The position numbers were made by a program, and so were the translations under genes. Positions 9,423 to 18,856 of a stretch of 64,000 nt of DNA are shown piece after piece; position 1 is the stretch's first letter, and every line of letters starts with the position of its first letter. The DNA comes from a virus. The DNA lies in IMG/VR virus record IMGVR_UViG_3300037418_004082, one strand, 5' to 3'. A model generated the notes under the pieces. That model searched no databases, had not been told where the DNA came from, and saw only the letters and a program-made list of their open reading frames with translations.

Positions 9423-9651
9423 CGCTTCCGCCCTCCACCTTGTTGGGTGGCGGGAACATTGTCTGGATGTCCTGCATCGCGAACGTGCGCTCCACGCCGC
9501 GCTCCCCGTCCACCGCGTTCATCAGCCACTGGGGCTGTGGATGGTGCTCCGTCTGGCCGAACCAGATGCACTTGGGCAAGACCCGGCGCACGGCCACCTC
9601 GCCACGGTAGTTCTTGTACACCATCGTGAGGATCTGGCTAGGTTCGTGCAT
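9415..9651 (-). CDS. stand-alone WYL-like domain protein
   Basis: YKNYRGEVAVRRVLP..IWFG.TEHHP.PQWLM.A.D..R...RTFAMQDI, typical of solo phage WYL-like proteins. Confidence 0.7.
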   Translation of the reverse strand: MHEPSQILTMVYKNYRGEVAVRRVLPKCIWFGQTEHHPQPQWLMNAVDGERGVERTFAMQDIQTMFPPPNKVEGGSGA

Positions 9652-9799
9652 CCCGGGCCTCCTTCTTGAACGGATCCCGCACGACCACGCAGCTCCGCGG
9701 CTGCACCTTGCCGGGCACCCGGATCTTCGGGCCGGCGTTGCGGCACACCCACATGTAGGGCTCGATCGGTTTGGCCTTGGGCCCGCGCTTCCGTGGCAT
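9638..9799 (-). CDS. small basic hypothetical protein
   Basis: Hand-translated 53-aa ORF (MPRKRGPKAKPIEPY...) filling the gap. Confidence 0.55.
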   Translation of the reverse strand: MPRKRGPKAKPIEPYMWVCRNAGPKIRVPGKVQPRSCVVVRDPFKKEARDART

Positions 9800-10155
9800 C
9801 AGCGCCAGTCCGTCGGGCGGTCCTGACGCAGCGCGGCCAGCAACCCCTGCCAGAGCTTCGCCGTCGCACGACCGTAGCGATCACGCACCTCGCGCACGCG
9901 ATCCAGCAGGTGGCCCCGGTGCTCCCGATAGAACGGCCCGCTCACCGCGTTGCTCACGGTCCAGACCTTGTTGGGCGGCGTGGTCAGCTCCACCTCGCGC
10001 AGCCGCGCCAGCGTGCGGCCGTTCTGGTTGAACAGCACGGCCGTGTACCCGGCCTCCCGGGCCTTTGCGATCGTCAGCCCGTCGATAGTCTCCGGCAGCT
10101 CGCCGGCTGCTTCCAACTGCTCGAACGTGCGGATGCCGTAGTCCTTAGTCTCCAC
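9799..10155 (-). CDS. hypothetical protein
   Basis: 118-aa ORF coupled to neighbours. Confidence 0.7.
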   Translation of the reverse strand: METKDYGIRTFEQLEAAGELPETIDGLTIAKAREAGYTAVLFNQNGRTLARLREVELTTPPNKVWTVSNAVSGPFYREHRGHLLDRVREVRDRYGRATAKLWQGLLAALRQDRPTDWR

Positions 10156-10474
10156 GCGTGCGCTCCAGGCGGTTGCGCTTCACGAGCTTGCGGCCCTCGC
10201 GCAGCGTGCGCCACGTGGTCATGCCCTCGTCGGCCTCCGCTTCCGTGCGGTAGAACGCGTTCTCGCACAGCTCGTCGTCCGCGTCCACTTCCTCGACCGT
10301 CCACGGGTACGCGTACTCGTGCAGGTCGTCGGTCTCCTGCATCGTGTCGCAGTCCTCGTCCTCGAACGCGTCCACGATCGTGAAGGCGATCTCGCCCTTC
10401 TTGTCCTCCGGCAGGTACGCCTTCACGGCGTCCCAGATCTTGCCGGCCAGTTCGGATCCACCAGACCATCCCAT
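10145..10474 (-). CDS. acidic hypothetical protein
   Basis: 109 aa; GAGGA RBS. Confidence 0.75.
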   Translation of the reverse strand: MGWSGGSELAGKIWDAVKAYLPEDKKGEIAFTIVDAFEDEDCDTMQETDDLHEYAYPWTVEEVDADDELCENAFYRTEAEADEGMTTWRTLREGRKLVKRNRLERTRGD

Positions 10475-10486
10475 CCTGTTGTCCTC

Positions 10487-10654
10487 CTACTTCTTGGTTG
10501 ACGCGTACTGACTCGTGAGCGTCAGCACCTGCTTGCCAGCACGCGTCGCTTCGTCCAGCTTGAGGGCCCCTTCAGACCCGCCGCCACGTGAAGCCTCGAC
10601 GGCCTTCACGAGGTCGTTGAGCGTGTCGTACAACAACCGCGCGTCGTTCAGCAC
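10487..10654 (-). CDS. small hypothetical protein
   Basis: GTG start overlapping the primase stop (VLNDARLLYD...). Confidence 0.55.
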   Translation of the reverse strand: MLNDARLLYDTLNDLVKAVEASRGGGSEGALKLDEATRAGKQVLTLTSQYASTKK

Positions 10655-13600
10655 TACTTCAGCCTCCCATCGGCGAGCGCCACGCCGCGCTCCGTCACGC
10701 AGTACACGTACATCCCGTCGCCCTGGAAGCTCGCCACGTTGTTCGTGTTCGTGCGGCTCCACTTGCCGGGCTGGTTCTTCCGCCCCGGCTGCGACAAGAT
10801 GTAGCCACGTGCGGCCCAGTCGTTGGCGATGCTGATCTTCAAGTTGAACTGGCGCATCACGTCTTGCTGCACGCGCGAGTTGACGACCAGCTCGTACTTG
10901 CTGTCGTTCGGGTACATCAACTGCTGGCCGCGGAACGCGATCATACCCTCGTTGTTCATCGCCACGTCGGGCGACGTGCCACCCGCGCCCCAGTTCGCGT
11001 TCTTGATGCGCTCCATGAACGCGGTGAACGCCTGGTCGCACACGTCGGCCTTCTCTTCGATCGACGCCTCGCGCGTGGGGATGATGGAGCGGATCAAGTA
11101 GTCCATCGTCTTGCTAATGGGCAGCGCCACGCCCATCACCTCTTGCAGGACCTTCAAGCCCTGCGTGATGGCGGCTACAATCCGCTGGTCGTCGCCCACG
11201 AACGGCACGCCGCGCGTGCCCAGCCGGGCGTCGCGCTGCTCGACCTCCAACAAGGCACGCTCCAGGTTGCCCGGCACGTTATACCAGCGCTCCAGCTCCA
11301 CGCCGACCACGCCGTAGTGGTGCTCGAACACGCGCTGCGCCCGCTTGGTCGCGGCGACGTCCGGCAGCGCGTAGTCCTCGCTCAAGATGATGGTGCGGTT
11401 CCGCGCGCCCTTCTCCAACTGCGACGCGAAGTTGACCTCGCTGTTGACCATGTTCACGCCCTTGCGCGTCTCGCCGCCCTGGGCCTGCAAGGTCTTGGAC
11501 GAGGTCGTGCGGCGGTTGCCGTTCGCGAGCGAGTACAGCACGGCGTCCGCCTCCGCGGTGCTCGCCAACCCGCCCACGCCGCCCTGCTTGCGCTGGAACT
11601 CGTCCACGATCAGCGGCAGGTCCTGCATGTTGATGGCCTTGTCCTCCGTGCCCTTCATCGTGGACGAGGCACCGACCATCGCGTCCTTCTTGGCGTTGCA
11701 CCAGATGGACGTGGCCCACTCCGTGACCGTGTTCTTGCCCTTCGACGACTCCGTCGCGATCAGCACGATCGGATTACGCACGTGCAGCCAGCGAATGAGA
11801 GGCGCGCACGCCGACAGCGCCATCATCACCCACATCACCTTGTACTGCTCGAAGTCTTGCTGCGCGTGCCACTCGAACGACTCGCGCCACGGCTCCAGCT
11901 TGCCACGACGACTCAACATCGGGCCGATCACGACGTTCATGTCGGGCTGCGTGTCGTGGTACACGACGAGGCGCGGCCTATCCAGCTCGCTCTTCACGCC
12001 GGGCAAGTCGGTCGGAATCTGCCAACCGTACTCCGTCACGACGGGAATCAGACCGTTCGCACCAAAAACGGCCACCGTGTCGTTGAAGTATTCCGTGAAC
12101 TTGAGGGCGCGCGACGCGTCCACGGGGAAGTTCGGCAGCGCGTCCCACTTCTTGGCGAACAGGTCGGACACCTTCACCCAGGCGCTCTCGTCGCCGATGT
12201 TCGACCCCCACTTCACCTCCGCCCACTGCTGACGGCTCTTCGGGTCGATGCCGATACGCGTGACCCAGATGGGCTGCGGGCTCAACGCCTCGCGGTCGAT
12301 GAACTTGTTCTGGCCCACGCCCTTCTCGACCACCTTGTACGTGCCCTTGCGGTCCAGGTCGTACTTCGCCGTGTCGATCACCGTCTCGAACTGGTCCCAG
12401 ATGCGCGCCGCACGCTGATCGGACGAGCCGGCCAAGCCGTTCATCGACAGACCGCCGCCCCCGGGCATGGCCATCCCGCCTCCCCCGGCGCCACCCAACT
12501 GGCTGTCTCCCTCCCACGGCGGGGCGGCGGACTGGCCGGGCGCACCGGGCGGGGCCTGTAGCACGACGTGCTCCGCGACCATCGCCTGGTCGAGCTGCCC
12601 GTGCTTGGCCTCGACCAACGTCAGCGCCTGCTGGCGATCCTGCAAGGGCAGCGCGTTCACCTGCTGCAGCACCTGCGGCATCGGCGCCGCCGACAGGAGG
12701 ATCTGGTTCTGGAACTGCTGGAGGCTGGGGGCCGGCGGGAAGCCGACCATCTGGTGGACCTCGAACTTGGCCTGCTGCCACGAGAGCTGCTGACCGCTGC
12801 GTGCGAGCTGCGCGTTGCGCAAGCGGTAGTGGAACGTGTAGATGCCGCCGCCCTTCATGCCGTTGCCCGCGCACTCGCTGAAGCACACGTACATGCCCGT
12901 GTTCTTGTCCACGCAGAAGTTCTTCGGGTTGGCGCCGCCGTGGATGGGGCACGCGCACTTCCACTCGCTGCCGTGGTCACGGAGCTGGGGCAGGATGGTG
13001 CGGTAGTAGCGATCGATCTGCTCGCGCGTCCACGTGCCCGGGATGTGGGCCTGGTTCTTCTTGGGACGGCCGGGGCCTGCCGGCGCCTTGACGTTGAGCA
13101 CCGTGGGGTCGATGTACATCCACGGGTCCGACGCGTTGCCCTCCAGGTAGACCGCACGTCGTTCGACGGCCTCCGGCGGGGAGCTGGGCAGGTAGAAGAA
13201 GCGGTTGGCCTGGTTGCAGCTCGTGTCCATGCCCGCCGTGAAGCTGGCGCTGGTCAGGCCGCACTGGGCGAGTGCTTCGGTGAACGCCTCCTCGAACACG
13301 TGCGACGGCACCGGCTCCGCGAGGAAGATGATGACGCGGAACTTGGGCCAGGCCGGCGTGTGGTTGTGGCTGGTGACGAGGATGGACTTGAAGCCCGCCG
13401 TGCGCAGCATCGTCTCGACCGTGTCGAACGTCACGGGGTTCGGGATGCACTCCTTGATCTTCACGGTCTTCGTGGGATCGGTCGGGTGTGGGAACTTGCG
13501 CTCGATGCTGTTGTCGTAGTCGATGACGACGAGGTGCGTCTCGACGACCTGGTTCTTCTTGCGCGACGACGAGTCCTTGAAGAGCGACGGGCAGAACAGC

Positions 13601-13740
13601 TCGACGTCGGTCTTGTTCGGCGTGATGCGATGCGTCGTGAAGAGCTTGACGAAGTCGTCGAGCGACGCCTCCTTGGCGTACGGATCGGTCGCGTTCGTGT
13701 GCGACATCGTCGAATAGTGGATCGTATCCGCGCTCGACAT
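10654..13740 (-). CDS. primase-helicase: AEP-like primase domain, CHC2 Zn finger, DUF927/SF3-like ATPase
   Basis: VIDYDN, TSHNH..PKFRVII, FFYLPS (AEP-like); CPIHGG..F.V...YVCF..C (CHC2); ATESSKGKNT (Walker A-like) and LIVDE (Walker B). Confidence 0.85.
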   Translation of the reverse strand: MSSADTIHYSTMSHTNATDPYAKEASLDDFVKLFTTHRITPNKTDVELFCPSLFKDSSSRKKNQVVETHLVVIDYDNSIERKFPHPTDPTKTVKIKECIPNPVTFDTVETMLRTAGFKSILVTSHNHTPAWPKFRVIIFLAEPVPSHVFEEAFTEALAQCGLTSASFTAGMDTSCNQANRFFYLPSSPPEAVERRAVYLEGNASDPWMYIDPTVLNVKAPAGPGRPKKNQAHIPGTWTREQIDRYYRTILPQLRDHGSEWKCACPIHGGANPKNFCVDKNTGMYVCFSECAGNGMKGGGIYTFHYRLRNAQLARSGQQLSWQQAKFEVHQMVGFPPAPSLQQFQNQILLSAAPMPQVLQQVNALPLQDRQQALTLVEAKHGQLDQAMVAEHVVLQAPPGAPGQSAAPPWEGDSQLGGAGGGGMAMPGGGGLSMNGLAGSSDQRAARIWDQFETVIDTAKYDLDRKGTYKVVEKGVGQNKFIDREALSPQPIWVTRIGIDPKSRQQWAEVKWGSNIGDESAWVKVSDLFAKKWDALPNFPVDASRALKFTEYFNDTVAVFGANGLIPVVTEYGWQIPTDLPGVKSELDRPRLVVYHDTQPDMNVVIGPMLSRRGKLEPWRESFEWHAQQDFEQYKVMWVMMALSACAPLIRWLHVRNPIVLIATESSKGKNTVTEWATSIWCNAKKDAMVGASSTMKGTEDKAINMQDLPLIVDEFQRKQGGVGGLASTAEADAVLYSLANGNRRTTSSKTLQAQGGETRKGVNMVNSEVNFASQLEKGARNRTIILSEDYALPDVAATKRAQRVFEHHYGVVGVELERWYNVPGNLERALLEVEQRDARLGTRGVPFVGDDQRIVAAITQGLKVLQEVMGVALPISKTMDYLIRSIIPTREASIEEKADVCDQAFTAFMERIKNANWGAGGTSPDVAMNNEGMIAFRGQQLMYPNDSKYELVVNSRVQQDVMRQFNLKISIANDWAARGYILSQPGRKNQPGKWSRTNTNNVASFQGDGMYVYCVTERGVALADGRLK

Positions 13741-13782
13741 GGGACTCCAGCGGTGAAGCGAAAGGGAAGCGAAAGGGGTGGG

Positions 13783-14058
13783 CTAGGAGGCGACCGCGTC
13801 TCGTTCGACGGCGACGATCGCCTCCGCCTCGCTGTCGATCCAGAGTTCGAGGGGGTTGGCGCCGAGCACGCGGCAGATAGCGAGGTAGATGCTGGTTTCG
13901 GGCTGGCGCTTGCCGCGCTCGTAGCGAGACAGGTACTCCTCGCGCAGCATCTTGGGGTTGCCCTGGTCGTCGAGGTAGCGCACGCGCATCGCCAGCTCGT
14001 GCTGGGTGAGGTTCAGGGCCGTGCGAGCAGCGATGCAGGCTTGGGCGTTGAAGGGCAT
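13783..14058 (-). CDS. XRE-family HTH regulator
   Basis: ARTALNLTQHELA...LSRYERGKRQP...ICRVLG; start moved to ATG 14058 after GAAGGA. Confidence 0.85.
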   Translation of the reverse strand: MPFNAQACIAARTALNLTQHELAMRVRYLDDQGNPKMLREEYLSRYERGKRQPETSIYLAICRVLGANPLELWIDSEAEAIVAVERDAVAS

Positions 14059-14376
14059 GCGGGGTCCTTCTGCGAGGAGGGTGGGAGGGGGAGGGGTATT
14101 TATTTTGGCCGCGTGGCCGCACGCATAACTTTCGCCGCACAAAAGTTGAAACCCTTCGGGCTCCTGGTGTTTCCGGGTCCCGGGTGATGCGTGATGCGGC
14201 CGGGGGCGGTCGGAAATGAGGGGGAGGGGGTGTTTGTGCTTGGGGCGTGAGAGGGTGCGGGTGGGATGTGGATGGGGTGCGAACTTGAGGCGGGTCCCCG
14301 GGTCGGGAGCCTATCTTCGCAGATGCCCCGATACCTGTCAAGAGAGCATGGGTGAACAAACTTTGTCGTTGAGACT

Positions 14377-14577
14377 ATGGTGTCGTGGCTCATGATGATC
14401 GGACGACGCGGCGTCGAAGAACGGCTGGAGGTTCATCGTCGCTGGGTCAACGAGTCAGGCGATCTGCATTCATATACATGCGAGGCGTTGGTGGATGGGG
14501 ATGAGAGGGCTAGGAAGGCGGTTGTTTTGACCCGGAAGGTCTCGGAGTACCCGCCACCCACCCACGGAGGGAAATAG
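14377..14577 (+). CDS. possible small hypothetical protein
   Basis: 66-aa ORF with plausible composition but no clear RBS. Confidence 0.3.
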   Translation: MVSWLMMIGRRGVEERLEVHRRWVNESGDLHSYTCEALVDGDERARKAVVLTRKVSEYPPPTHGGK

Positions 14578-14891
14578 GGTAGTTAGAGAGTGGTTGGGTG
14601 AGGTGCTGGAGTGGGGGAGTTAGGGTATGGATCGGTGGATTGGGTGGTTGGTGGGTGAGATCGGAGGGCGCCCATGTAGGTGCCGCGGGGTGTTCGGATC
14701 TCGAACGCTTGTTTGCACGGTTGCCTGCTGATCACCATTTTTATTTTCGCAACTTTTTCGATCGCCGGCCGCCGAAACAACAAAGCTATAGGGAGAATCC
14801 AGAAAATAACCACCCACCCCCTGGAACAAGAACACCATACGAGGACCGCCACCAACAACACCATAGGGAGAACAAGGGGGAGGGGGTCCCC

Positions 14892-14960
14892 AATTAAATC
14901 ACTATATATATATATATATTTTATTTGATAGTCTTACAAAATAAATAAATAAATAGGAAA
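14892..14960. repeat. AT-rich tract with (TA)8 and AAAT repeats
   Basis: (TA)8 at 14903-14918 and aaaataaataaataaatag in a GC-rich genome. Confidence 0.9.
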
Positions 14961-15048
14961 GGTTGGTGACGTCTTGTCGTTGGTATATCAACTCACGCTG
15001 TAAAATTCGGCGGCGTGCCTGTTTCGAATTTCGATGGTCCACGGGGTC

Positions 15049-15107
15049 CGGCCCGCAAACCCAGTAGGTTCGTGTCACATTGGCGCGGATACGTGGTTTG
15101 CGGGCCG
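15049..15107. repeat. 13-bp perfect inverted repeat
   Basis: CGGCCCGCAAACC (15049-15061) and GGTTTGCGGGCCG (15095-15107). Confidence 0.9.
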
Positions 15108-15166
15108 TGTTACGTGCTGGTGATCGGAGGGGTCCCCTGGTATTTTATCGCGCACGTCTCGTACGT

Positions 15167-15293
15167 GTGGAACGGGTGTTCCACAAACACGCGAAATTCG
15201 ATGGGGTCCTCGACCGAAAAGTGGAACGGGTGTTCCACACGCGCTCGTAATTCGAGGGGGTCCTCGTCGTGTTTGTGGAACGGGTGTTCCACA
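15167..15293. repeat. three palindromic GTGGAAC-GGGT-GTTCCAC boxes at exact 54-bp period
   Basis: Copies start at 15167, 15221 and 15275; both spacers contain AATTCGA(T/G)GGGGTCCTCG. Confidence 0.95.
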
Positions 15294-15529
15294 TGCGCGG
15301 GGAGGGGGTGGGGTATTTTCGGGACGTCGAACGCGTCGTTGGGGAGGGTCTATAATTATGAACAAAATAAGAAAGGTAAAGTTGCGGTTAAACTGTACAA
15401 AATAAATTCAAGGGGGTCCCCCTCGCGCACGGCCCGAAAATTACAGGGGGACCCCTGCGCGAACGCATGAAAAACGCGTGACCGAACACGAAAACCGTGT
15501 CGATCACGCGGGGGAGGGGGTCTAATTAT

Positions 15530-16837
15530 TTATTGAACGAGCACGAGTTCGTCCGCCGCGCGGGTGATCCCCGTGTACAAAAGTTGCCGACGCGTGTTCT
15601 GGTCGCCGAAGGGCTCGTAGATGTATATGACACGCTTCCACTCGGAGCCCTGGCTTTTATGACATGTGATGGCGTAGCCGTACTCCAGGTTGTAGTGCGG
15701 GTTGTGGTTGTCCGGCTTCACCTCGTCCTGGGGCTCGAACCAGTCCAGGCTGCAGACCAGCTCGCGGAACTCGTGCTGGGTGTCCTCCCAGCCCTGGACG
15801 CTCAAGTAGAGCGTGCGCTCGTGGCGGTCCACGTCGCGGCTGGGCACGTCCTTGAGGACGCGGCAGTGCCAGCCGTTGATCAGCGGGAGGCCGCCGTTGG
15901 TGCTGCGCTCCTCCCAGTCGTTCTTGCGGTTGATCAGCTTGTCGCCCTTCTTGGGCAAGCCCTCGAACCCCAGCATCTGGCGCATCACGCCGTTCAGGTG
16001 GTCCTTGGTGCGGTTCAGCCCGCAGATGATCTGGTCCGCGTGCTGCAGGTCGCTCTGCATGAGGTAGTTGTAGGGGATGACGCGGAACTGCGGGCTGTAC
16101 ACGCCGTAGGGGAGCTGGTAGCCCTGGCGCACCTGCATGCTGGCCCACAGGATGGGGTTGTCCGCGGCCTGGCGGTGCACCTGCGTCAGCACGGCATCCG
16201 GCTTCTGCAGGAACGGGTTCATGCGGTCCTTGACCGGCGGGAGCTGCTCCGGGTCGCCCAGCAGCAACACGGGCGTGCCCAAGGAGAGCAGGTCCGCGAG
16301 CACCTTGCGGCTGACCATCGAGACCTCGTCCACCACGAACAGCCGCCACGGGATCGTGTCGGGCGTGCGCAGCTTGAAGCCCTTCACACGTTCCTTCTGG
16401 CGCCCCGTGTGCGGACACGTGTACTTCTCCGTGATGGGCACGTAGATGGTCTTGTGAATGGTCTCGGCGGGCGTGCCCTTGTTCGTGAGCACGAGCGCGG
16501 CCTTGCCGGTATACGTCATGTACTGCACGTCGTTCGGCTTCAACCCCAGGGATTCGATGGCCTGTTTCAAGACCGTGCTCTTGCCCACACCCGCGTAACC
16601 CGCGACGGTGAACACGAGCTGTTGTAACCGCAAGTGGTTCCACCAGTAACGAATCTGCTTGACCACGGACTCTTGCTCGCGCGTCAGCGTGATGCTGCTC
16701 GATGGCAAGATGATACGCGGCTTGTCGTCGTCAGGCAGCACGAGCTTCGTTGGAACGGACGTAGCCTTCTCCTGCTCGCGTTGCGCCTTGTAGGCCGCGG
16801 TGACGCGGGCGATGGCGGTCTCGAACCTGTCGGTCAT
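15530..16837 (-). CDS. SF1B helicase, Dda/RecD-like
   Basis: GYAGVGKST, VVDEVSMV, GDPEQLPPV, HRQA, YAITCHKSQGSEW, YTGITRA; start MTDRF at 16837. Confidence 0.92.
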   Translation of the reverse strand: MTDRFETAIARVTAAYKAQREQEKATSVPTKLVLPDDDKPRIILPSSSITLTREQESVVKQIRYWWNHLRLQQLVFTVAGYAGVGKSTVLKQAIESLGLKPNDVQYMTYTGKAALVLTNKGTPAETIHKTIYVPITEKYTCPHTGRQKERVKGFKLRTPDTIPWRLFVVDEVSMVSRKVLADLLSLGTPVLLLGDPEQLPPVKDRMNPFLQKPDAVLTQVHRQAADNPILWASMQVRQGYQLPYGVYSPQFRVIPYNYLMQSDLQHADQIICGLNRTKDHLNGVMRQMLGFEGLPKKGDKLINRKNDWEERSTNGGLPLINGWHCRVLKDVPSRDVDRHERTLYLSVQGWEDTQHEFRELVCSLDWFEPQDEVKPDNHNPHYNLEYGYAITCHKSQGSEWKRVIYIYEPFGDQNTRRQLLYTGITRAADELVLVQ

Positions 16838-18387
16838 AGGTGCCTGATTCTTTCGTACTTGAACGCGGGTTCGGTGCCGTAGATCGCCATACGACGCGAG
16901 AAGTGGGCTTCGAGGGTGCGGTGCTTGTCGTCGAACTCCTCCACGAAGGCCACCGTCTTGCCGTTGTAGGTCGGGTCGAAGCGGTTCTTGCCGTCCGTGG
17001 TGCGCAGCGGGCGGCCGGTGCGCTGCAGGGCACGCGTGCTGCTCTTGCCACCGCCCGCGAGCGCGACCACATCCAGCTCCGGGATGTCGAGACCCTGGTC
17101 GGCGAGCGTGGTCGCGATGATGACGTTGATCTCGCGGTTGCGCATCTGGTCCCACAGCTTCTTGCGCTTGGTCTTGCTCACGCGAGAGCCCACGACGAGC
17201 GTGCTCTTGGGGATGAACTTCTGCAGCGCCTGGCCATGTAGGTCGTGCTTCACGAGCACGAGCACCGTGCGATTGTACAAGCTCACGTGCTCGTTCACGA
17301 TGTTCGCTATGATCTGATGACGCTTATCGTAGTCACGGATGAACGTCTTGTACGCGAAGTCGAAGTCACCGAAGTCCTTCGTGCAGCCCGGCGGCGGGGG
17401 TATCTCGTGGATGCGCACGAGCGGCGGCACCAACCAGCCCAGGTCGATCAGCTCGCTCGCCGTGATGGTGTGCACGATGGGGCCACACGCGGCCTGGATG
17501 AGGATGTCCATCCCGTCGTCACGCCAGGGGCTCGCGGAGAGTCCGCCCATGAAGCTCACGCGGTTGAACAGGCTCACGCACTCGAACGGCGTCTTGGCGC
17601 CCAGGCTGTGGCACTCGTCAAACATCGCGGCACGCGTCTGCGTCACGAGCTTCTCGACGACGGGCGCGCTGCTGGGCATCTCGTACGGCACACCCTTTGT
17701 GTTGAGCACGCCGTTCTTCGCACGATAGTAGCCGTGAACGCTGTCAACGCTCACGATGTTGATGAGCTTTAGGTCGCACTTACCGCCACCGATCATCCCG
17801 ATGGGCTCCGGGGCAAGTGCACGCTGGAACTCGTCATGTGCTTGTAAGAGCAGGTCGTTGTTATCGTTCACGAAGAACGCGAACGGAACACGTAGTGTCT
17901 GCGCGATCTTGATGGACGTCTTGGTCTTGCCCGCGCCAGTGCCCGCGCGCAGCACGCCACCCACACGAGGATGAATGAGACCCGTCGTGGGCAGCATGTA
18001 GCCCATGATCATTTTCATTAGTGCAATCTGCTGATAGGCCCGGAGCTGGACGACGTGCTCGTGGTCCAGGTGCGCCAGGTGCTCCAACGCCGGGTCGGGC
18101 GCGAGCGGCAAGATATTGTTGTAGAGTTGCACGGGGGCCTGGCACAGCGCGAGATGTTCAAGCAGCATGTGCACCAGGCCCGTGGGCACGGTGTGCACAG
18201 AGAGGTACGGTGCGTGACGGTTGAGCACCGTGACGTGACCGTCCCACTTGCCACTCTTCACGTCGGGGTGTTGGTGCGAGTTCGGAATCGTGTAGCCGAC
18301 TTGTCGCTGCAGATACGTCTCGACGGGACTCCCAAAGGGAATCCCGTAGACGACCGTCGTGAAAGGGTGGATGTCGATGGAGATCAT
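16834..18387 (-). CDS. SF2 helicase, UvsW-like
   Basis: GTGAGKT, FDECH, LSASP, QGLDIP, QRTGRPLR. Confidence 0.9.
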   Translation of the reverse strand: MISIDIHPFTTVVYGIPFGSPVETYLQRQVGYTIPNSHQHPDVKSGKWDGHVTVLNRHAPYLSVHTVPTGLVHMLLEHLALCQAPVQLYNNILPLAPDPALEHLAHLDHEHVVQLRAYQQIALMKMIMGYMLPTTGLIHPRVGGVLRAGTGAGKTKTSIKIAQTLRVPFAFFVNDNNDLLLQAHDEFQRALAPEPIGMIGGGKCDLKLINIVSVDSVHGYYRAKNGVLNTKGVPYEMPSSAPVVEKLVTQTRAAMFDECHSLGAKTPFECVSLFNRVSFMGGLSASPWRDDGMDILIQAACGPIVHTITASELIDLGWLVPPLVRIHEIPPPPGCTKDFGDFDFAYKTFIRDYDKRHQIIANIVNEHVSLYNRTVLVLVKHDLHGQALQKFIPKSTLVVGSRVSKTKRKKLWDQMRNREINVIIATTLADQGLDIPELDVVALAGGGKSSTRALQRTGRPLRTTDGKNRFDPTYNGKTVAFVEEFDDKHRTLEAHFSRRMAIYGTEPAFKYERIRHL

Positions 18388-18740
18388 CAGGCTTCTGGAT
18401 GCGGATTAAGTGCGGCGGCTTGTACTCGTTCGAGTACATCGCGGGGCAACAACGACATGATGCTGCGTATCTCATCGTACTTAACAGGGACGTATTCGGT
18501 CAAGCACGTCCTCTTAACCAGCACCGCACGAAGCACCACCGAACCCATCACACGTTCGGCCTCGCTGGGTACACGCTCTGCCACGGCATAGCACGTGGTG
18601 CACCGCCACTTGCCGTCCTGCGTGAACGAATTGACCGACCCGGACGTGCCACCCATCGTGTTGCCCATGGTGAAGGGGTTGCCGTTGGTGAAGCTCACGT
18701 GGCTCTCATCGGTAGGGCAGCGTAGCAACTTGGGATCCAT
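18387..18740 (-). CDS. hypothetical protein with Zn-ribbon
   Basis: RCP...H...WRCTTC; coupled to the helicase gene. Confidence 0.6.
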   Translation of the reverse strand: MDPKLLRCPTDESHVSFTNGNPFTMGNTMGGTSGSVNSFTQDGKWRCTTCYAVAERVPSEAERVMGSVVLRAVLVKRTCLTEYVPVKYDEIRSIMSLLPRDVLERVQAAALNPHPEA

Positions 18741-18856
18741 AGTACCTCCATCGTGTGGTATGGCTCGCTGTCACCAGGCCATAACACACGCAAACGCGTT
18801 ATCGTGTGACAAGGGCCACCACCCGAAGGTAGTGGCCCACGTAAGGGTGGCGTGGC

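Larger units (their letters stand above)
14060..15529. other. large non-coding, origin-like region (G-tracts, AT-rich tract, palindromic repeats)
   Basis: ~1.45 kb without a convincing long ORF in an otherwise gene-dense genome, between primase-helicase and helicase genes. Confidence 0.6.

Noticed and set aside
14786-14796. T7-type promoter (CTATAGGGAGA)
   Set aside because: Only the 3' half matches, the specificity region is absent, and no single-subunit RNAP is in the window.
15167-15293. Mini CRISPR array
   Set aside because: The spacers share an 18-nt core, the repeat is only 18-20 nt, and no cas genes are present.
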